A stretch of DNA of 64,000 nt, taken from the NCBI GenBank assembly GCA_021823625.1, contig JAKANS010000007.1, positions 1,321-65,320 on the forward strand, written 5' to 3'. The notes under the pieces were generated by a model. The model saw nothing but the letters and a program-made list of their open reading frames with translations, was not told where the DNA came from and made no database searches. How positions within the stretch are numbered: the stretch's first letter is position 1; every line of letters starts with the position of its first letter. The position numbers and the translations under genes are program-made. Positions 55,457 to 64,000 of this stretch are shown piece after piece. The stretch comes from a bacterium (lineage in GTDB: Bacteria > Verrucomicrobiota > Verrucomicrobiia > Limisphaerales > J093).

Positions 55457-55508
55457 GTCGTGCGATTTCGACCGTGGCAAGACCACCTCGCCACTTCACC
55501 GGACATGG

Positions 55509-55527
55509 GGTGACAAAACCTGTCACC
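55509..55527. promoter_or_regulatory. Operator-like palindrome upstream of the XRE gene
   Basis: GGTGACA-AAACC-TGTCACC. Confidence 0.45.
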
Positions 55528-55716
55528 AATGAAAAACGTTCCGGTGGTGTGTGGGATCTGTGGGGCAAACCGAAGCTCCAACCCGTCAGGCTATAGCCTG
55601 AAGAGCGAATGTGTGGGAATGCGTGGTAGGATGTGTGGTAAACTGTCCACAGTTTTCCAGGCTGTCCGCCTAGTTCCACCGAGGAACCTCCAACACGCTG
55701 CAAACGCAAAGAAGCC

Positions 55717-55751
55717 AATAAAAATGGCCCTGAGACGGGGGTCTCAGGGCC
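55717..55751 (-). terminator. Terminator hairpin after the tRNA
   Basis: GGCCCTGAGAC-N4-GTCTCAGGGCC followed on the minus strand by ATTTTTATT. Confidence 0.75.
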
Positions 55752-55757
55752 GAAAAT

Positions 55758-55834
<77 letters not shown>

Positions 55835-55989
55835 ATCCGAACCTCAGAAGCAAACAGTAGGCGCGGCGTGCCACAGCGAGCAAGCGATTTCTGGAGCGGC
55901 CAGGCGGATGCCGCCGCGCGTCACCCGTCGTGAACGGCCGTGAATGATGGAACGCGACAACGCCAGGCCTCGAGCCAACCGGAGTTTCA

Positions 55990-56375
55990 GGCCTGGCGTG
56001 GCGGATTGCTTTCACGGGAATCGTCCCGGAAGCGACCTCAACGAACGCCTTGCCGTTCTTAACCCCCACGGTGCCGTAACCGGTGGCGGTGGCGAGGAAA
56101 CAGCGGAAATCGCCTTTGACGCGCGGGTCGAGGTGCAGCACCTGCTCTACCGCGTCGTACCGCGCGCCGCTCAAGCCTTGGAGCAGGCCGTACGAGGACA
56201 TGGCCCGCGCGTACCAGTGCCCGCATTCGTATTCGTTGAACGGATTGCGGACGCGGCCGTCGTAGCGGTCGTGGCAGACGCGGACGATTTCCAGACCTTC
56301 AGCGACGTGGCCGAGCAGCATGAGGTGTGACGTGACCTGGTACTCGATCCCGGTCCAAACTTCGTCCAAATAAAT
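55990..56375 (-). pseudogene. C-terminal fragment of a GH116 beta-glucosidase
   Basis: 'DEVWTGIEYQV', 'RYDGRVRNPFNEYECGHWYARAMSS'; N-terminal majority absent; 3' boundary approximate. Confidence 0.75.
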
Positions 56376-56376
56376 T

Positions 56377-56628
56377 GAATTCGGCCGCGCCGCCGCTTAC
56401 CATGTTTGGTTCGGCAAGACCTCCACCGCCTCGCTCGCCATTGGTGCGACCGTCGCGCTCCTGGGCCGGGCGCAATGGCCGCTTCGGGTGGGACTCATCC
56501 TCGCCATCGTGGCGTGCCTCGAGGAGATCGCCATTACGTTTACCGTCAAGGAAAGCCGTTCCAAGGTCCGCTCGTGGTGGCACGCGCGGCGGCTCGGTGC
56601 ATCCGGCGGCCGGGAACCTGAAGATTGA
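56377..56628 (+). pseudogene. C-terminal fragment of a CDP-alcohol phosphatidyltransferase-family protein
   Basis: Startless frame FGRAAAYHVWFGKTS...LEEIAITFTVKESRSKVRSWWHARR*, closed upstream by TAA at 56371. Confidence 0.55.
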
Positions 56629-56887
56629 AACCGCGCGGTCTGAAGAGCCGGCAATGCCCCGCGCCTCGAAATGGTGAATCGGTCGCACCGCCCAGCTTTC
56701 GTTCAAACGAATGAACAGGCCTTGCGGTCGGGATCGCTACCCCGGTTCGGAATAAGCCTGACCGCTTCGGGGAGGTGGCGGTTCGCTGTATCTCAACGCG
56801 AAACGCTGTCAGGCTGTTGGCGTTGACGCGTAACTCGGCCCGGAAAACTGAGTTGCAGTCCGGCGTGGCCTCCCGCCACACTCGCCC

Positions 56888-58414
56888 ATGCTTGCCAGGG
56901 TCTGCTCCGCCGCGGTCAACGGCATCGAGGCTTACCCCGTGGAGGTCGAGGTCAACGCCGGCTGGGGCGACACGTTGGTCGTGATCGTCGGCCTGCCGGA
57001 CGCCGCGGTGAAAGAGTCCCGCGACCGCGTCAGCACGGCGCTCACCAACTCGGGGTTCAAGTTTCCGATGGGCCGCACCACCATCAACCTCGCCCCCGCC
57101 GACGTGCGCAAGGAGGGTCCCAGCTTCGACCTGCCCATCGCCGTCGGCATGGTGGCCGCGAGCGAACAGATGAACGGCGATCAACTCGATAATTTCCTCA
57201 TCGTCGGTGAACTTGCCCTCACCGGCGCGGTACGCTCGGTGAAAGGCGTGCTGCCGGTTGCGCTGCGGGCCAAAGCCGAGGGCAAGGCCGGCGTGCTCGT
57301 GCCTGCCGACAACGCCGCTGAGGCGGCGGTCGTGGCCGGGCTGAACGTCATTCCCGTCGCGAATCTGCGCGAGGCGGTGAGTTTCCTCGAAGGCGAAACC
57401 GCGATCGCGCCCACACGGGTGGACGTGGCCGCGCTGTTCGAGTTGCCGGCCGATGACGATCTGGATTTCGCGGATGTGAAGGGCCAGGAGTCGGTGAAGC
57501 GCGCACTCGAAATCGCCGCCGCCGGCGGACACAACGTGCTTTTGATCGGACCGCCCGGCACCGGCAAGTCGATGCTGGCCAAACGGCTGCCCACCATTCT
57601 GCCGCCGCTCACCCTCGAAGAAGCACTCGAAACCACGAAGATTCACAGCATCGTCGGCCTGCTCAAACCAGGCCAGGCGCTGGTCACGCAACGGCCGTTC
57701 CGCTCGCCACACCACACCGCCAGCGATGCCGGACTGCTCGGCGGCAACATTAACCCGACGCCCGGCGAGATTTCACTGGCCCACCACGGCGTCCTGTTCC
57801 TCGATGAACTGCCGGAGTTCAAGCGCAGTGTGCTCGAAACAATGCGTCAGCCGCTGGAAGACGGTCACGTGACCATTTCGCGCGCCGCCGGCACGATGAC
57901 CTTCCCGTCACAATTCATGCTGGTGGCCGCGATGAATCCGACGCCGGACGGGAAAATGCCCGGCGAATCGCGCTGCTCGCCGCGTGAAATCCAGAGCTAC
58001 CTGGGCCGCATCTCCGGGCCGTTGCTGGACCGGATCGACCTCCACGTCGAGGTGCCGCCGGTGAAGTTTCGCGAGATCACCGCCGAGCGGACGGGAGAGC
58101 CGTCCGCCCAGATTCGCGCGCGGGTCATTGCCGCCCGGCGCCGCCAGCAGGAGCGGTTTCGCGCGCGCGCGCGCGTGACTTGCAACGCCCGCATGGGGAC
58201 ACGCGAACTGAAAGCCTTCTGCGCCCTGGACGAACCAACCTTGGAGATGCTCAAGGCAGCGATGGCCGACCTGAGCCTGACCGCCCGCGCGTACGACCGC
58301 ATCCTCAAGGTTTCACGGACGATTGCCGACCTCGCGGGCAGCGAGCGGATCACTGCCGAACACGTCGCCGAGGCCATCCAACTCCGCTCCCTCGACCGGC
58401 AAATTTGGGGCTGA
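56888..58414 (+). CDS. comM: YifB/ComM Mg-chelatase-like AAA+ ATPase
   Basis: VGLPDAAVKESRDRV, NLAPAD.RKEG..FDLPIA, GPPGTGKSMLA, PFRSPHH, LFLDELPEF, RISGPLLDRID. Confidence 0.93.
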   Translation: MLARVCSAAVNGIEAYPVEVEVNAGWGDTLVVIVGLPDAAVKESRDRVSTALTNSGFKFPMGRTTINLAPADVRKEGPSFDLPIAVGMVAASEQMNGDQLDNFLIVGELALTGAVRSVKGVLPVALRAKAEGKAGVLVPADNAAEAAVVAGLNVIPVANLREAVSFLEGETAIAPTRVDVAALFELPADDDLDFADVKGQESVKRALEIAAAGGHNVLLIGPPGTGKSMLAKRLPTILPPLTLEEALETTKIHSIVGLLKPGQALVTQRPFRSPHHTASDAGLLGGNINPTPGEISLAHHGVLFLDELPEFKRSVLETMRQPLEDGHVTISRAAGTMTFPSQFMLVAAMNPTPDGKMPGESRCSPREIQSYLGRISGPLLDRIDLHVEVPPVKFREITAERTGEPSAQIRARVIAARRRQQERFRARARVTCNARMGTRELKAFCALDEPTLEMLKAAMADLSLTARAYDRILKVSRTIADLAGSERITAEHVAEAIQLRSLDRQIWG

Positions 58415-58604
58415 CCAGGGGCTGACCACGGCCAGCCGGCGCGATTGCCCCGCCCCAGATCCCCGCCTCAAGACCGAACTCACCCGGCGCAAACCTCCCG
58501 CCGCGGTGTGACGGCACCACGCTGGCGTGCCCATGTCTCGTCCCGATTGGCGGGAGCTGTAAAGGATTCAATGTGGATAATGATGACAAGGAGCATAACT
58601 AACC

Positions 58605-59383
58605 GATCGCCAGGCGGTGCTGGACGACATGGTGCGGACGGAGGCGCTCTACGCGAAGGCAGTCCAGGCCGGCTACGATCGCAACGAGCATTTGCTCCAA
58701 CGCTTCAAGCGTCTGGTCGTGGACCAGTACCAGCAGGATCAACTCGGCAATGCTGGCAACCTCCCCGCCCCGAGAGAGGAATCGATACAGCAATACTACC
58801 CAGGCTCATTGGGGCGAGTTCACCCAGCCGCCGCAGGTGCGGCCGGCGCTGATCCGGGTACACGTGCCCGCCCGGGTGACGCCGGAAAAAAGGGCGGAGG
58901 GGCAGGCCAGGATGGCCGAAATCCGCCAACAAGCCGTCGCACTCCCCCATCCATGGAAGTGGCCTTCGGGGAACTCGCGCGGCTGCACTCGGAAGATCAG
59001 CCGACGCGCTACCGGGGCGGCGATTGCGGTTGGGTGTCGCGGGACCGGCCGATCTTCCGCTGGCCGCCCAAGGTGCTGGACGCGATGTTCGCCCTCCAAA
59101 CGCCCGGCGAACTCAGCCCCGTGATCGAAGCTGAGGACGGCTGCTACCTGATCAAATTGATCGATGCGAAACCCGCGCAGATCACGGCTCTGGGCGAGGT
59201 GCGCGAGGCCATCGAAAAGCGACTGACGCAGCAGGCTGTCGAACAACGGCAGGCCGATTTCAACCGCGAAGCGCTCGCGGGCCTGCGCGTGGAACTGCAC
59301 CCGGATTTGTTGGAGAAGATCACGCGCCGCCGACCGTTGCCCGCAACGGTGCCGAGCCCCCGGCCACCATGTCGGCGCGGTGA
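58605..59383 (+). pseudogene. PpiC/parvulin-type peptidyl-prolyl isomerase, 5'-truncated and frameshifted
   Basis: 'FGELARLHSEDQPTRYRGGDCGW', 'GELSPVIE...G.YLIKL'; the 'EFTQPPQVR..LI' segment lies in another frame between shifts near 58800 and 58950. Confidence 0.7.
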
Positions 59384-59399
59384 AACCGAATTCTATCCT

Positions 59400-60530
59400 A
59401 TGAAAAGACCATCCAGCCTGGTGTTGCCCGCAAGTCCGCGGCCCAAAGGTGATTCGGCCGGGGCTGACCCTGCCGATCCGAGGCGACTGGGGATGCCGCG
59501 TCGATCTCGAGCCTTGGCCTGCCTGTTCATCGGCACTCTTATGATGGTTGGTGCGATGCCCGGGCGTTCACTGGCCAGCCAGTTGGCGACGCAGACGTTC
59601 ACCCTGCATCCGGGCTGGAACGCGATTTACCTGGAAGTGGCGCCCGAAAACTCTGCGACCAGTGCGGTCTTCGACGGGATTCCGGTGGACAGCGTGTGGA
59701 CCTTCCAGGCGCAGCTCTCGGCCGTCCAGTTCATCCAGGATCCCAAGGAGCCGGTGTGGGACAAAAGCCGGTGGGCGGTGTATGTGCCCACCAACCGGGT
59801 CGAGTCTTTCCAAAACAACCTCTTCAGTGTGCAGGCGAACCGGGCTTATCTCGTCAATCTGAGCGGCGCGTCACCGGCGACCTTGAGTGTCACCGGGCGG
59901 CCCTCGCTGCGCCGATCGGATTGGGTGCCGAACGCCTATAATCTGTGCGGCTTCCCGGTGGATCCCGCCGCGCTACCGACATTCCTTGCCTTCTTCGGGC
60001 CGTCGCCCGCGCATTACGACCGCGCAGCCGGCCGCCTGCAGCCCATCTACCGCTGAGCGGCTCGGGCGAGTGGAACCTGGTCAACCCGGGCGACACGATG
60101 CAGACCGGCGAGGCTTACTGGGTTTACACGCAGGGACCTTCCGATTACCAGGCGCCGCTGGGCGTGCAAGTCGATACGGGGAACGGGCTGGACTTCGGGG
60201 TCGAAGTGGGAACCTTGAACCTGAAACTCAGCAACCTCACTGGGGCAACCAAGTTCGTGGCGGTCCAGAATTTGATTTCGCCTGCCGACAACGCGTTGTC
60301 GTACTCCCAGTTCAATCCCACGAACGGCATCCAGTGATCGCACCTGCTCACCAACCCGCCGGCGCCTTACTCCCTCTCGGTGGGGCCGGGCGAGGAAGTG
60401 ACGATGCGATTGGGGGTGCGGCGCGGCGACTTTGTGGGGGATCTTTACGAGACGCTGCTGGAAGTGACCGACGGCGAAGGCAGCCGCGTTGCGGTTCCCG
60501 TCTCGGCCGCCAAGGTCGTGGAGGGCGTGT
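59400..60530 (+). pseudogene. Secreted hypothetical protein ('TQTFTLHPGWNAIYLEV'), disrupted
   Basis: Coding-like sequence continues across a frameshift near 60052 and an in-frame TGA at 60335-60337; 3' end approximate. Confidence 0.6.
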
Positions 60531-60559
60531 TGCCGACGCTGCAGCGTCTGCGCGGCGCC

Positions 60560-61979
60560 TCGCGGCGCGCTGGCGCGCTCAAATCGCAGTCCCGCCGCCC
60601 GATGCCGACCGCTCCCTGGCCGCCGAACGCCTCGGTGACGATCAGCGGATGGTAGGCCTCTTCGAGTAGTTCGGCGGAGGGAAAGTTCTTGGAGGGCACC
60701 ACAACTCGATCGGGACGCAGACCGTAACGCACAAAGCCGACGCGGCGCGGGTCGGGCGAGGCCTGACGATCCGCCTGATCCGTGGACATCCACTTCCCGT
60801 CGAGCTTCGCCCAAAGGCGCTCGCCGAAGGCCGAGATGAACTGCGGGGCGTCCACGAGGTGAAAGCACGACTGGGTTGACAACTTGCGCAGCGGCTCGCT
60901 CGAGGTGTTGCGAAACGCATGGGCAATCCAGAGCGCATGGTTCTCCGCATCCGGAGTCAGCGTCGAGGTCAGTTCGAAGCGCTCTGTCCGCAGCCGCCAG
61001 GCGAGCGCCCCGTTGGTTCCGACCACCCATTGCTGAGTCCGCTCGTTCCCCGTGAAGTTGCTCTACACGACCTTGTCTTCCGCATACACCGTCTCAGGCA
61101 GCCAGAGACAGAACCAGTTGCCGGGCCAGTCGCGGTGCTCAATCGTCAGCGTGGTGACCGGGCGGAGTCGGTGGATGTCATAGGAGCGGTTCACTGCTCG
61201 GATGGTGAACACCTCGTTTTGGTGGAGAACCGGATGTGCGCGGAGTGGATCCGCTGCCGCGGCATCCAGCGGCTTGACCTTGAGGTTTTTGAATAGACCA
61301 CGCTTTCCGCGTCGTGCGCTTGCAGGGCGAACGTGCCGCGCGACAGCTTCCGTTCGGAGAACCACGGCGGGTGGCGGACGACGAATCCTTCCGGCTCCGT
61401 CCAGTCCACCACGGTCTGGCCGTCCATCTTGATGACCACCCGCTTGCCGCGCACGATGACGCGCAGATGGAACCACTCATCGTCCCGCACCAGCGCTTCG
61501 GTGACATCCGCCACGGCGTAGAGGCTCCCCGTCTTGCGCTTTTCCTGCTTGGTGTTGTTGACCTGAATCTCAAAGCCTTTCTGCGGCCAGGCGTTCGCCA
61601 CGAACTCCGTGTGGAAATAGATGCCGCTGTTGGAATCAGGTTCGGTCCTGACGTCGGCCTGGAACTCGAAGTCGGTGAATGAGGCGTGGCCGTCCGAGCC
61701 GGCGTAGAACAGATGGCATTGGGGATGCGGAGCCTGCCCCTCGATCGCCGTGCCGCGGGCGTGGGCGACGATCATGCCCTCGCGGACGGAGAACGACGCG
61801 GGGTCTTCGCTGGCCTTCCAGCCGGCCAAGCTCTGGCCATCAAAGAGCAGCCTCCAGCCGGCTTGCTTCTCCGCATCGGTGAGGGTGTTCGGCTCGGCGG
61901 CGCCCGCCATCAACGACGCGCTCATGACAATGCCGCAGCAGACGCCAGTCAGTATGAGGTGGGTGAATTTCATTTTCAT
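60560..61979 (-). pseudogene. DUF1080 domain fused to an unknown domain, disrupted
   Basis: Signal peptide and DUF1080 ('NTLTDAEKQAGWRLLFDG', 'NSGIYFH', 'ALQAHD'); 1-nt deletion near 61293 shifts 'FKNLKVKPL'; in-frame TAG at 61063-61065; 3' end approximate. Confidence 0.7.
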
Positions 61980-64000
61980 GGTTCTTGTTTCTTGGTTGCG
62001 ATGTAAAGCACCGCGTCGCCGGCGAAGGGAGCTTTGAACTGGCGTTTGGCCCCGCCAGCGGTGGCTTCGCCGGACGTGATCGTGCCTTTAACCGGATGCA
62101 TCCACTCGACGGTCAGCGGCCCCTTGACCGCCCCAAGGTCCACCGTCACCGCCCCGCCGTCGGGCAGATACACCAGATACTCCTTTCGAGGGTTGGCCAG
62201 GCAGTAACCGGAACTTGCCAGCTCATTGCGCGGCGTCGTCGCGGCCAGGTTCATCCGCTCGGCATAACGCAGCGCGTAGCCCAGGTTGCGCCGCGTGTCT
62301 TCCGCATCCATGGTGCGAGGCAGCCAGGGCGACTGATCCGGGTAGTAGTCCATCCAGATCGGGTTGTAGCCCCGCAGAAAGCTCTTCCACACCCAGTCCC
62401 TGCCGCCGCCTTCACCCCAGATATGGTCGGTGTCGAGGATCACGACCTTCTTGCCGTCCGTAGCGGGCGGGTCGGTCTTGAAGGGGCTGGGGTCACGCGT
62501 GTCGCCCGTCGAACCCGGCGAAATCCAGTCGGCGGGGCTGTCGGTCATCACGCCGTTGTCGCTTTTCGTGTAGCCCGTCATGCCGATGGGATGCTGCTGG
62601 GGCTTGCCCCTTTCGTATTCCTTGACGTACCGAATCATGTGGTACTGCCATTCCTTGGAGAAGTCGAAGTTGCTCTCGTTGGCGACCTCATACAACACGT
62701 TGTCCAGGTCGTTGACCGTATCAATCACCTTGCGCACATAGGCCTCTTGGATGCGGGTGACGGCGGGCATCGCCAGCGTATGCAATTCCCTGCCCAAGCC
62801 GTCTCCGTCCTGGTCGCCGTTGATGCCCTGCACGTTGTTGAGAACGTTCATGGGGTGACCCGCCCAGTGACTAGCAGGTCTGCAGAACAGCGCAAATCCT
62901 TCGAACAGCATGATGGAAACGTAAATGCCCTGGCGGTCCGCCGCGACGACGCGGGCGCGCAGACGATCGAAGTAGGCCGGGTCGAACTGGTCGAAGTCGA
63001 ACTTCGGCTTGCCATCCAGAGCCGTGCCGGGTCCGGTGCGCTTCCAGGGGTGCGGGGCGGCATAACTGCGAACCGCGGTACCTCCCTTCAATTCACGGGG
63101 GTCGTTCCAAGGCCAGGTGGTCAACTCCCACCGCCAAAGACGAAAGAAGTTGTGGTGATGCTTCTTCAGAAAATCGAGATAGGCATCGTAGTCGAAAACG
63201 GGTGGAGGATCGGACGGTCCTGTGTCCTGAAGATTCCACCATGTGTGGGAACCCGTCAGGTAAACGGCCTTGCCGGAGCCGTCGGTGAAGTAGCGCGGAT
63301 TGGTCGGATGCACGCGGAGCGGGCTGGTCGCCGCTGCCGCCAGCGGCCTGACGCGGAGGTTCTTGTTCGGCTCTGCTTTGGCGGGCGGCACCGCCGGCTT
63401 GCCCAGATGCTTGTCGGCGAAGGCGAGGAAGGCGCTCCAATCTTCCTCGGTCACCGAGTGTTTTCCAGGTCGCAGGAAGTAGCCCAGCCTGCTGTCAATC
63501 AGCGTTCCGGGTGGCGGCATCCGCTTGGCTTCCAGCCCGCCGACGCCCAGGAAGCGGTAAACGGGATCAGCGGCCTGTAAGACGTCGAACTGTCCAGCCG
63601 GGTTGATCCAGATGTTCTGCGCGGCGTTCGAAAAAAGCACGGGTCGCGGAGCGCACAGGGCCACCAGGCAATGCTGATCGAAGGGCAATCGGTCAGGTTG
63701 ATCGTTAAACTCCTTGAAGGTGCTGTTGTACCAGTAGGGAAATTGGCCGTTACCATCCTTGACCTTCTCGGCTCCTTTGATTGCGGTCCGGCTGGGGGCC
63801 GATCCGCCTAATCCGGCCTGATGCGGAATGGCCAGGCTGATCCGCTCGTCAAAGGCGGCGGCCAGGAGGGCGGCTTTCCCCCGGCGCGACCAGCCGGTCA
63901 CCACGATCCGGCTCGGGTCGATTTCCTTGTCCGTCACCAGGTAATCGACCGCTCGCTGCAGCCCCCAGGCCCAGGCCGCAATGGTGCCGCAGTCATGGCT
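61976..64000 (-). CDS. CE15 glucuronoyl-esterase-like domain fused to a DUF4038/DUF6298-like TIM-barrel domain and a putative collagen-binding domain (5' end outside the window)
   Basis: 'IAAWAWGLQRAVDYL', 'GWSRRGK', 'LPFDQH', 'APRP'; then 'PLRVHPTNPRYFTDGSG', 'YEVANE', 'EYLVYLP.GG.VTVDL'. Confidence 0.8.
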   Translation of the reverse strand, partial: SHDCGTIAAWAWGLQRAVDYLVTDKEIDPSRIVVTGWSRRGKAALLAAAFDERISLAIPHQAGLGGSAPSRTAIKGAEKVKDGNGQFPYWYNSTFKEFNDQPDRLPFDQHCLVALCAPRPVLFSNAAQNIWINPAGQFDVLQAADPVYRFLGVGGLEAKRMPPPGTLIDSRLGYFLRPGKHSVTEEDWSAFLAFADKHLGKPAVPPAKAEPNKNLRVRPLAAAATSPLRVHPTNPRYFTDGSGKAVYLTGSHTWWNLQDTGPSDPPPVFDYDAYLDFLKKHHHNFFRLWRWELTTWPWNDPRELKGGTAVRSYAAPHPWKRTGPGTALDGKPKFDFDQFDPAYFDRLRARVVAADRQGIYVSIMLFEGFALFCRPASHWAGHPMNVLNNVQGINGDQDGDGLGRELHTLAMPAVTRIQEAYVRKVIDTVNDLDNVLYEVANESNFDFSKEWQYHMIRYVKEYERGKPQQHPIGMTGYTKSDNGVMTDSPADWISPGSTGDTRDPSPFKTDPPATDGKKVVILDTDHIWGEGGGRDWVWKSFLRGYNPIWMDYYPDQSPWLPRTMDAEDTRRNLGYALRYAERMNLAATTPRNELASSGYCLANPRKEYLVYLPDGGAVTVDLGAVKGPLTVEWMHPVKGTITSGEATAGGAKRQFKAPFAGDAVLYIATKKQEP

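Noticed and set aside
58617-60056. A genuine PPIase-secreted protein fusion of 479 aa
   Set aside because: Produced by compensating frameshifts and a lost stop; an internal ATG at 59400 with a signal-like segment marks a separate gene
60335-61065. Stop-codon recoding (Sec, Pyl or alternative code) at the in-frame TGA and TAG
   Set aside because: TGA and TAG end many normal genes in this window, no SECIS-like hairpin was evident, and the same genes also carry frameshifts

Overview
GC-rich bacterial chromosome segment, most likely Verrucomicrobiota (inferred from the PVC-type L28, a PVC-type heme-binding dehydrogenase, an H-X9-DG prepilin-like protein and DUF1080/ThuA/Gfo-Idh-MocA proteins). 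Housekeeping genes: trpF, rpmB, pdxH, nfi, rpsT, a kinase-murQ fusion, comM and initiator tRNA-Met. Accessory modules: (i) two sigma-54 (-24/-12) transcription units, at 11.6 kb and 32.7 kb, each containing a large secreted beta-propeller protein with the same C-terminal '[YF]R[IL][DE]xxxDL..WQ...FFR' tail; the second also has an NtrC-type activator, paired palindromic enhancer-like sites, a Spy/ZraP-like protein, an outer-membrane barrel and a histidine kinase; (ii) an archaic (Csu/SCPU-type) chaperone-usher pilus operon whose major pilin gene lies between two direct copies of a ~250-270 bp MITE-like element; (iii) a CDP-3,6-dideoxysugar cluster with a split transketolase and two aminotransferases, cut off at a truncated glycosyltransferase; (iv) a decayed phage/IS remnant at the tRNA-Met 3' end, followed by a zone of gene fragments and frameshifted genes (55-62 kb). 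No CRISPR array, rRNA or intact transposase/integrase was seen. All calls come from reading the sequence and recognising motifs; no database searches were run.
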